Assembly (NCBI GenBank): GCA_947632355.1
Contig: CANROY010000003.1
Location: 5,646-37,645, forward strand
Reading direction: 5' to 3'
DNA from: an uncultured Bacilli bacterium
GTDB lineage: Bacteria; Bacillota_I; Bacilli_A; RF39; UBA660
DNA length: 32,000 nucleotides
The notes below the pieces were generated by a model. That model ran no database searches. It had not been told where the DNA came from and was given only the letters and a program-made list of their open reading frames with translations. Shown here piece after piece: positions 15,476 through 21,910 of the stretch (the stretch's first letter is position 1; each line of letters starts with the position of its first letter). The translations under genes and the position numbers were made by a program.

Positions 15476-17473
15476 TTGAAAATCGTCCAATGGGGGGGGG
15501 GTATATTAGAAAGTAATAAAAAAAAGAACCCCAAAAGACGACTCGAAATAATGATTAGTTTGTTAAGTATTGCAGTACTTATTACAGTAGTGTCTTTTAG
15601 TTATGCTTACATAAAAACAAATAAAGAAGAAAAGGATGTCAATGTACTAGGAACTGAGTGTATCAATCTTGAAATGGAAGACTTAAGTAAAGGAATAACT
15701 TTACAACATACATTTCCAGTAAGTGATGCAACAGGAAAATCATCAACACCTTATACATTTAAATTAACCAATGAATGCGGAGTAGGAGTGGATTATGAAA
15801 TTCACTTAAGAGTAGAGGATGTTGAGGAAGGGCAAAAGAAAATAGCTGCAAAGAACATTGCAACTATGATTGATAGTAATGAAAAAGTAGTATTAACGAG
15901 TGAAAAAAAAGTAATCAATGAAGAAGAATCAGATAAAGAAGAATATAAGATTAGTAGTGAAAAATTAACATTAGAGGCTTATCAAGAAATAGAACATGAA
16001 GTAAGAATATGGTTAGATGAGAGTGCAGGAAATGATAGTCAAAATGGTATATTCAAAAGTAAAATCGTGATAGAAGCAATTCAAAATCAAACCGCTTCTA
16101 TTTATAAAGAAACAATTCTACACGGTGCAGATCCGGTGTTGAATAATGAAGAAGAACCAATTGCGATGTTAACAGCAAATGAAGTAGCTGAAGCTCCAAC
16201 AACAACAGATCAATTAATACCTGTCACAATAGATGAAACAACAGGAGAAGTAAAAAGAGCTGATTTATATACGGAATGGTATGATTATGAGACCAAGAAA
16301 TGGGCGAATGCAGTTATCTTAGTCGATAATAATAAAGCAAATGAAATACAACCAGGACAAACGATACAAGAAAATGATATTGAAAGTTATTTTGTATGGA
16401 TACCAAAATATAGTTATAAGTTATTTGATATGGGAAATACGGAAACAACAGTTACAAATGTTGCTAAAAAAGAAAAGCCAATCGAAATTCGTTTTGGAAC
16501 AACAAATACAAGTGATAGTGTAAGTGATGAATGTAAAACACCAACAACATCAGGAGAGATTGGAACTTGTCAAGTGGGTGATTGGATGACGCATCCAGCA
16601 TTCTTAGCATTTGATGCAGATGGGTTATGGGTTGGTAAGTTTGAAACGGGTTACGAAGGTGCTGATAGTACAGCAAATGCAAATAAAAATGAAGTATCTC
16701 CTAACAAAGTAATCATAAAACCAAATGTTTATAGTTGGAGAAATATAACCGTAGGAAACGCATTTAAAACAGCAAAAAACTATGAACCAACTTTACAAAG
16801 TCATATGATGAAGAACACCGAATGGGGAGCTGTTGCCTATTTATCTCATAGTATTTATGGAACATGTGATGGTAGTTCTTGTACTGAAATAAGGATAAAT
16901 AACAGTAGTAGTTATTTAACAGGGGTAAGTGCAAAAACTGTACCTGATTCTGGTTGGAATCAATATAATGGATATGCAGTAACAACTCCAAACACGGAAA
17001 ATGACAAATCTTATGTTTATCCAAAGAGTCAAAAATCGAGTACAACTTTTAATAACACCGGAATCTTTGATATGAGTGGAGGTTCTTGGGAGTATGTTAT
17101 GGGTTATATGAGTGGTAATGTTGGAAGTAGTGGATTAACAGAAGAAACTGATTTAACAGAAGCAAATTCTAAATATTTTGATAAATATGAAAATAAAACT
17201 GATACGGAATGGAGTAAAAGAATCTTAGGCGATGCAACAGGAGAATTAGAGCCATTTGGAATGAAGCAATACAATACAAGTAATAATAGAATTAATTCAT
17301 GGTACGAGGATTGGGCGTGGTTTCCTAACTCTAGTTTACCGTGGTTCAAACGTGGTGGCGCTCGCTATGACGGTGTTACGGCTGGTGTGTTCGCGTTCAG
17401 TCGTCACACGGGTGCTGTCGATGGCAGCGACAGTTTTCGCCTCGTTTGTGCTCCAACGCACGCGAGTGCGTAA
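15476..17473 (+). CDS. DGR target (variable) protein: N-terminal signal-anchor and C-terminal C-type-lectin/FGE-like fold carrying the VR
   Basis: This is the long ORF in the track, but TTG 15476 has no SD. The only good SD/ATG (AAGGAGAG, then ATG 15445) is one frame off and joins this frame only if the G10 tract (15492-15501) has 9 or 12 G. A basic stretch plus TM helix (KKKNPKRRLEIMISLLSIAVLITVVSF) is present. The FGE-like segment reads HMMKNTEWGAVAYL. The C-terminus WFKRGGARYDGVTAGVFAFSRHTGAVDGSDSFRLVCAP is the VR. Confidence 0.85.
   Translation: MKIVQWGGGILESNKKKNPKRRLEIMISLLSIAVLITVVSFSYAYIKTNKEEKDVNVLGTECINLEMEDLSKGITLQHTFPVSDATGKSSTPYTFKLTNECGVGVDYEIHLRVEDVEEGQKKIAAKNIATMIDSNEKVVLTSEKKVINEEESDKEEYKISSEKLTLEAYQEIEHEVRIWLDESAGNDSQNGIFKSKIVIEAIQNQTASIYKETILHGADPVLNNEEEPIAMLTANEVAEAPTTTDQLIPVTIDETTGEVKRADLYTEWYDYETKKWANAVILVDNNKANEIQPGQTIQENDIESYFVWIPKYSYKLFDMGNTETTVTNVAKKEKPIEIRFGTTNTSDSVSDECKTPTTSGEIGTCQVGDWMTHPAFLAFDADGLWVGKFETGYEGADSTANANKNEVSPNKVIIKPNVYSWRNITVGNAFKTAKNYEPTLQSHMMKNTEWGAVAYLSHSIYGTCDGSSCTEIRINNSSSYLTGVSAKTVPDSGWNQYNGYAVTTPNTENDKSYVYPKSQKSSTTFNNTGIFDMSGGSWEYVMGYMSGNVGSSGLTEETDLTEANSKYFDKYENKTDTEWSKRILGDATGELEPFGMKQYNTSNNRINSWYEDWAWFPNSSLPWFKRGGARYDGVTAGVFAFSRHTGAVDGSDSFRLVCAPTHASA
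15492..15501 (+). repeat. G10 homopolymer at the 5' end of the DGR target gene; candidate slipped-strand phase-variation tract
   Basis: Ten consecutive G occur in a strongly AT-rich genome. The tract sits exactly between the SD-preceded ATG 15445 and the main ORF frame. Confidence 0.6.
17321..17455 (+). repeat. DGR variable repeat (VR)
   Basis: The VR aligns over 135 bp with 17649-17783 at an offset of 328. The 11 mismatches are at 17336, 17337, 17360, 17361, 17364, 17366, 17400, 17405, 17420, 17427 and 17429. All correspond to A in the TR. Confidence 0.95.
17456..17471 (+). promoter_or_regulatory. GC-rich hairpin directly abutting the VR 3' end; candidate DGR target-recognition element
   Basis: ACGCAC (17456-17461), loop GCGA, then GTGCGT (17466-17471). 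The hairpin overlaps the stop codon (17471-17473) and is absent downstream of the TR. Confidence 0.6.
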
Positions 17474-17540
17474 CTGTGTACTTTCGTATGATAATTGGAA
17501 CAGTTAATTTGTATAATTTTCGTAATACAAATTGTTATTG

Positions 17541-17578
17541 TTCGCCCAATTCCTATCTTGTTTAAGGAATTGGGCGAA
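17541..17578 (+). other. Perfect 13-bp stem-loop between VR and TR
   Basis: TTCGCCCAATTCC (17541-17553), a 12-nt loop, then GGAATTGGGCGAA (17566-17578). No U tract follows immediately. Confidence 0.6.
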
Positions 17579-17648
17579 TAGAAAAATTTTTGGTCTTAAT
17601 AGTTTATATAGATTAAGACAGGGATTAGATTGTAATAGAACGTTTGAG

Positions 17649-17783
17649 TTTCCTAACTCTAGTAAACCGTGGTTCAAACGTGGTGGCAATCACAATGACG
17701 GTGTTACGGCTGGTGTGTTCGCGTTCAATCGTAACACGGGTGCTGTCAATGGCAACAACAGTTTTCGCCTCGTTTGTGCTCCA
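17649..17783 (+). repeat. DGR template repeat (TR)
   Basis: The TR is noncoding. In the VR frame it reads FPNSSKPWFKRGGNHNDGVTAGVFAFNRNTGAVNGNNSFRLVCAP and contains 8 AAY codons. By my count it has 29 adenines, 11 of which are substituted in the VR. The last 22 nt before the terminal CCA contain no A. Confidence 0.95.
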
Positions 17784-17960
17784 GACTATGGTATAAAAAA
17801 GAAAATCCACGCAAACATTTCTTTTCATTTCAAAATAAAGTTCATGGACTTTATGAATATGTTTGCCATAGAAATCTAATTCCTTTTTGGCTAAAACCAA
17901 ATAAACACATGAACAGTATGGTTATGGCAAGTAGTAAAATGGCGAAAGTCATTCCATACG

Positions 17961-17989
17961 AAAACTACCATTTATTGTTGGTAGTTTTT
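17961..17989 (+). terminator. Terminator-like hairpin closing the TR-spacer module
   Basis: AAAACTACCA (17961-17970), an 8-nt loop, then TGGTAGTTTT (17979-17988), followed by a T. Confidence 0.45.
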
Positions 17990-18005
17990 GGAAGGAAAGG
18001 TATTT

Positions 18006-18194
18006 ATGGAAATAAATTTAAAAGAAATAAGAAAATCTTGTGGATTTACGCAAGAAGAACTGGCAAAAAAACTAGGGGTAACCCAACAACAATATTCAAG
18101 GTATGAAACCAAAACAAATAAAATAACATTAGAAATGTTTTTAAAAATAATAAAAGTATGTAAATTAGAGATAAAAATAGAAAAAAATAAGTAA
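18006..18194 (+). CDS. XRE-family helix-turn-helix protein inside the DGR cassette
   Basis: MEINLKEIRKSCGFTQEELAKKLGVTQQQYSRYE is the classic HTH_3 pattern. The SD is GGAAGGAAAGG (17991-18000). ATG 18006 is preferred over the TTG 17988 start in the track. Confidence 0.8.
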   Translation: MEINLKEIRKSCGFTQEELAKKLGVTQQQYSRYETKTNKITLEMFLKIIKVCKLEIKIEKNK

Positions 18195-18209
18195 TAGAAG
18201 TATTCAAAG

Positions 18210-18236
18210 AAGTTTTGTTAGTAGCAAAACTTTTTT
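18210..18236 (+). terminator. Rho-independent terminator after the HTH gene
   Basis: AAGTTTTG (18210-18217), loop TTAGTAG, then CAAAACTT (18225-18232), followed by TTTT. Confidence 0.55.
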
Positions 18237-18399
18237 CGTGCACGTAATTATGCACAATTTGTCTAAAAATGCTTTTAATTTGTTTTTTTGCCTTAAAAAT
18301 GTATTTTAGTTCTAAATAATAAACTTTTAAACGAAAAATAACCTATTTTAAGTAAAAAATAGATATAATTTCTATAGAATAAAAAGGAAGTATTGTAGT

Positions 18400-18759
18400 A
18401 TGAGTGAAATTTATAATCAATATAAAAAATTAAAAGAAGAGAATAAGAAAAAAATGTATTTATTTAAAGTTGGTAATTTTTATATTTTTTTAGATGAGGA
18501 TGCAGAAAAAATAAATGATTATGTTGTATTAAAGAAAACACCATTTTGTAAAGAAGTAATGAAATGCGGTTTTCCTGTAAATAGATTAGAAGATTATATG
18601 AAAGTTTTTCATAATCATAAGTTACCAATTTCGATAATAGAAAATGAAAAAAAGTGTGATTTGGAACAAGTTATACAACATCTTAGAAAAATAGATTTGA
18701 ATAAATTAACTCCTATAAAAGCACTAAACCTTCTATATGAAATAAAAGAGATGCTATGA
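18400..18759 (+). CDS. MutS-like (MSL) DGR accessory protein: MutS domain I-like N-terminus plus MutS C-terminal tail motif
   Basis: YLFKVGNFYIFLDEDAEKIN...MKCGFPVNRLEDYMKVF aligns with [20 protein letters not shown]...[17 protein letters not shown] of the bona fide MutS in this window. The C-terminus IDLNKLTPIKALNLLYEIKEML aligns with the MutS C-terminus VDPVYMTPIEAINTLYELKKLM. The stop overlaps the avd start (ATGA). Confidence 0.75.
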   Translation: MSEIYNQYKKLKEENKKKMYLFKVGNFYIFLDEDAEKINDYVVLKKTPFCKEVMKCGFPVNRLEDYMKVFHNHKLPISIIENEKKCDLEQVIQHLRKIDLNKLTPIKALNLLYEIKEML

Positions 18760-19115
18760 TGAAAAATGTAGAAGATTTACTTATTTATAAGCAATATATT
18801 GAACTTATTTATTATACAGAAATGATTTTGGATAAATATCCAAAAAGTGAGCGTTTTGCTATTGTTACGGCGATTAAAAATAATACTTATGATGGGATGA
18901 GAAGTTTACTAAGTGCGTATAAAGAATATCAAAAAGAAAAAAAATATCATTATTTAAATCAATTAGATACAACACTTAAAATGTTAAAAGTCATGATTCG
19001 AGTATCCTATAAACGAAAGTATATAAATGTTAAAAATTATACGGCTTGGAGCAAAAAAATAACCAATATTGGAAATTTACTTGGAGGATGGATGAAGTCG
19101 TGTCAAAGACAATAA
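18756..19115 (+). CDS. avd: DGR accessory variability determinant (Avd), four-helix-bundle family
   Basis: The 119-aa basic protein contains LIYKQYIELIYYTEMILDKYPKSERFAIVTAIKNN...GGWMK, which is typical of the Avd / 23S-IVS four-helix-bundle family. It lies immediately upstream of the RT and overlaps it. Confidence 0.85.
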   Translation: MMKNVEDLLIYKQYIELIYYTEMILDKYPKSERFAIVTAIKNNTYDGMRSLLSAYKEYQKEKKYHYLNQLDTTLKMLKVMIRVSYKRKYINVKNYTAWSKKITNIGNLLGGWMKSCQRQ

Positions 19116-20152
19116 AAAATATATTTTATAAAAAATTAACCTTTATTAAACTCATTGAAGCCCATGATAGGGCAAGAGAAGGAAAAAATACACGACCTGA
19201 AATTATTCGATTTGAAATGAATTTAGAAAGTAATATTATCAATTTACTTTATAAAATAAAAAGTAAGCAGTATAAAATTGGTAAATATCGAGAATTTTAT
19301 GTATATGAGCCGAAAGAAAGACTTATAAAATCTTTACCTTATATAGATAGAATTGTACATCAATGGTATGTAGAAGAATTTATTAAACCATTTTTTATTC
19401 CTCGCTTTATTAAAGATTCTTATGCTTGTTTAAAAGATAAAGGAGGACATAAAGCTGTTTTAAGAATGCAAGATTTTATGCGTCGTATGAAAAGAAAATA
19501 TAAAAATTATTATGTTTTAAAATGTGATATAAAAAAATATTTTTATAATATTGATAAAAACATTTTATATTCGATACTAGAAAAATCAATAACGGATAAA
19601 GAATTATTAAATTTTTCCAAAGTAATTATATTTGATAATGATGAAAAGAAAGGGATTCCTATTGGCAATTATACAAGTCAATTTTTTGCTAATATTTATT
19701 TAAATGAATTAGACCATTATGTTAAAGAAGATTTAGGACTACCTTATTACATAAGATATATGGATGATTTTATACTTCTTTTACCTACAAAAGATGATGC
19801 AAAGCAAATAAAAGAAAAAATAAAAAATTTTTTAGAACAAAATTTAAAATTAGAATTAAATGCTAAAAGTAAATATTATCCTAGTAAAATGGGTATTGAT
19901 TTTTGCGGGTATCGTATTTTTGAAACGCATTTATTAATTCGTAAAAGAAGTAAAGCAAAAATAAAAAAATTAATTAAATCGTGGAATTGTTTTTATAAAG
20001 AAGGAAATTTAAATTTAGAAAATGTGATTCAAAGATGGAATGCGTGGAGAGGACATATTTCCCACGCTAATACTTATCATTTAGAGAATAAATATTTGGA
20101 TAAAATACTTTTTAAAGAATCCTTAAAAACGAAAAAAGAAACTTCAATTTAA
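19088..20152 (+). CDS. DGR-type reverse transcriptase
   Basis: RT motifs are present: PKERLIKSLPYIDRIVHQW, LKCDIKKYFYNID, the DGR-signature IGNYTSQFFANIYLNELD, and YIRYMDDFILL (YMDD). The start is ambiguous: ATG 19088, or GTG 19100 after GGAGG at 19083-19087. The start of track ORF 19046 is unlikely. The gene overlaps the avd 3' end. Confidence 0.93.
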   Translation: MDEVVSKTIKNIFYKKLTFIKLIEAHDRAREGKNTRPEIIRFEMNLESNIINLLYKIKSKQYKIGKYREFYVYEPKERLIKSLPYIDRIVHQWYVEEFIKPFFIPRFIKDSYACLKDKGGHKAVLRMQDFMRRMKRKYKNYYVLKCDIKKYFYNIDKNILYSILEKSITDKELLNFSKVIIFDNDEKKGIPIGNYTSQFFANIYLNELDHYVKEDLGLPYYIRYMDDFILLLPTKDDAKQIKEKIKNFLEQNLKLELNAKSKYYPSKMGIDFCGYRIFETHLLIRKRSKAKIKKLIKSWNCFYKEGNLNLENVIQRWNAWRGHISHANTYHLENKYLDKILFKESLKTKKETSI

Positions 20153-21087
20153 GCAGTTTCTTTTATTTTCTCTGTATTTTTAAAATTTAATTTAGCGATT
20201 TCTTTTAGTTTTTCAATTCCGTATTTAGAAACAATTTCTTTTCCTACCGTATCAACAACAGTATTAGCCCCTTTAGGAATCTCCATATTCAATTCTTTTG
20301 ATAATTCTTCCATTCTTTTTAAAAAGAAATAACGACTGATGACACTTGCAGCAGCAACACTTGCACATTTACTTTCAGCTTTGGTCGTAAAGGTAATGTT
20401 TTCTACTTTTTCGGTTGCTTCTAAAATATGTTCAAAGTATTTTCTTGGATACACAAATTGATCCACAACAATTTTTTGATAAGGGTATTGTTCTTCTTTA
20501 TGAGTAATCGCATATAAAACTTTGTTGTGTAAAATGGCTTTTATTTTATTCATATTATAACCCATGCTTTGATATTTATTATATTCTTCATTATTTAAAG
20601 TGAGTGTAACATAAGGAATTTCTTTTAATAGAGTAGGAGCAATTTTAAGTATTTTTTCATCCGTTAATTTCTTAGAATCTTTAACACCTAGTTCGTTAAT
20701 TAAATCTATTTTTTCTTTTGCAACATAAGTTGCCGTTACAATAATAGGCCCAAAATAATCTCCTGTACCCACTTCATCCGAACCAATAGTAGACATACTA
20801 TAATAGTAGTTTAATTCTTCCTTATATTTTTCTTTTTCCTTTTTATCTTCATTAATATCAATGGTACGATTGTTTAACTTCTTTTCTAAATCTGCCCAAA
20901 TATTCGCATCAACATCTGCACTTATGCCTTGAAACATAACTTTACCACTTTCATATAAAGTGATTATGGTATCCGCTTCATCGGCTTGAAAAATAGCATA
21001 AGGAGGCGTTTTTTCTCTTTTTACATCTTTATAGTATTCAATCATTTTGGCTTTAACATTATCACTTACTTTAAATACGATTGTCAT
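20149..21087 (-). CDS. rnhC: Ribonuclease HIII
   Basis: The 312-aa protein has an N-terminal TBP-like domain and the catalytic GSDEVGTGDYFGPIIV motif. Its stop codon shares the palindrome TTAA (20149-20152) with the RT stop. Confidence 0.9.
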   Translation of the reverse strand: MTIVFKVSDNVKAKMIEYYKDVKREKTPPYAIFQADEADTIITLYESGKVMFQGISADVDANIWADLEKKLNNRTIDINEDKKEKEKYKEELNYYYSMSTIGSDEVGTGDYFGPIIVTATYVAKEKIDLINELGVKDSKKLTDEKILKIAPTLLKEIPYVTLTLNNEEYNKYQSMGYNMNKIKAILHNKVLYAITHKEEQYPYQKIVVDQFVYPRKYFEHILEATEKVENITFTTKAESKCASVAAASVISRYFFLKRMEELSKELNMEIPKGANTVVDTVGKEIVSKYGIEKLKEIAKLNFKNTEKIKETA

Positions 21088-21199
21088 TTTTTCACCTTCA
21101 AACCTATTTTACCACTAAGAATAGTAAATAAAAAGAATTTTTTAATAGATTTTTTAACTCCTATATACTATAATGATAAGTAGAAAAGGATATGATAAT

Positions 21200-21910
21200 A
21201 TGTTAAGTGTGATTGATGCAGTCATCATTTTATTTTTACTATTAGGTGCCGTACTTGGATTTAAGAAAGGAATTATAAAAAGTGTTGTTTCACTAGTTGG
21301 AACCATTTTAGTCTTTGTACTTTCCTTTACGTTAAAAAATCCATTATCCGTATTTTTGTATACCCATTTTCCATTTTTTACTATTGGAATCAGTGTTTTA
21401 AATGTTTTAATTTATGAAGCGATTGCTTTTTTGATACTTTTCTCTCTATTTTCTATACTATTAAAAATTGTGATTAAAGTATCAGGACTTATCGAAACGA
21501 TTTTAAAGTTTACGATCGTTTTAGGCATTCCTTCTAAAATTTTAGGGGCTATTTTTGGATTTATTGAAATGTATTTGTTTATCTTTGTTGTTTTATTTTT
21601 ACTTGTACAATTTAATGTAAAAAGTACTTTAATTAGTGAAAGTAAACTAGCTGACTTTATCATAGGAAGAACTCCATTTGTTAGTAATGTGGTAGAAGAT
21701 TCTTATCAAGCCGTAAAAGAAGTCGTAGAATTAAATAAGAATTATGCAACAACCCAAGATAAAGAAAAGTTAAACCAAGAAGGATTAGATACTTTACTTA
21801 AATATAAAGTCTTAAGTGTTGAAAATGCACATTTATTACAAGAAAAGAATAAACTAAATATAAAAGATGCAAATGAGATTATTAAAAAATACGAGGAGGA
21901 ACAAAAATGA
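21200..21910 (+). CDS. cvpA: CvpA-family membrane protein
   Basis: MLSVIDAVIILFLLLGAVLGFKKGIIKS is a typical CvpA N-terminus, followed by multiple TM helices. It is divergent from rnhC, as in Bacillus. ATG 21200 follows the SD AAAGGA. Confidence 0.75.
   Translation: MLSVIDAVIILFLLLGAVLGFKKGIIKSVVSLVGTILVFVLSFTLKNPLSVFLYTHFPFFTIGISVLNVLIYEAIAFLILFSLFSILLKIVIKVSGLIETILKFTIVLGIPSKILGAIFGFIEMYLFIFVVLFLLVQFNVKSTLISESKLADFIIGRTPFVSNVVEDSYQAVKEVVELNKNYATTQDKEKLNQEGLDTLLKYKVLSVENAHLLQEKNKLNIKDANEIIKKYEEEQK

Larger units (their letters stand above)
15405..20152 (+). mobile_element. Diversity-generating retroelement (DGR) cassette: target gene with VR, TR module, HTH, MutS-like protein, Avd and RT
   Basis: The VR/TR pair differs only at TR adenines. 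A DGR-type RT and an Avd are present, and all components are on the + strand. See the individual features below. Confidence 0.93.

Noticed and set aside
15445-15516. The 23-codon ORF MKNLRNTLPTIENRPMGGGYIRK as a genuine leader peptide, with the target gene starting at TTG 15476
   Set aside because: This is possible but less parsimonious. TTG 15476 has no SD, and a one-G change fuses the two frames into a sensible signal-anchor N-terminus. It remains the alternative reading under the phase-variation finding.
17541-17578. The 13-bp perfect hairpin as the intrinsic terminator of the target gene
   Set aside because: No U tract follows the stem directly; the sequence is TAGAAAAATTTTT. A TATAAT box also lies upstream of it. 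It is annotated only as a structural element of uncertain role.
17532-17879. A 115-aa ORF whose C-terminal part (FEFPNSSKPWFKRGGNHNDGVTAGVFAFNRNTGAVNGNNSFRLVCAP) looks like a truncated paralogue or pseudogene of the upstream protein
   Set aside because: It has no SD. Similarity to the upstream gene is limited to exactly the 135-bp repeat, and all differences lie at adenines. This is the noncoding DGR template repeat, not a gene.
17504-18106. Other track ORFs across the TR/spacer region (17504-17689 minus, 17625-17900 minus, 17774-18106 plus)
   Set aside because: They overlap one another and the TR, lack ribosome-binding sites and have odd composition. The region is better explained as DGR RNA.
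20149-21087. RNase HIII as a dedicated DGR accessory gene, since it abuts the RT
   Set aside because: The divergent rnhC-cvpA arrangement is conserved housekeeping synteny in Firmicutes, so the adjacency is most simply due to the insertion site. It is kept only as a contextual note.
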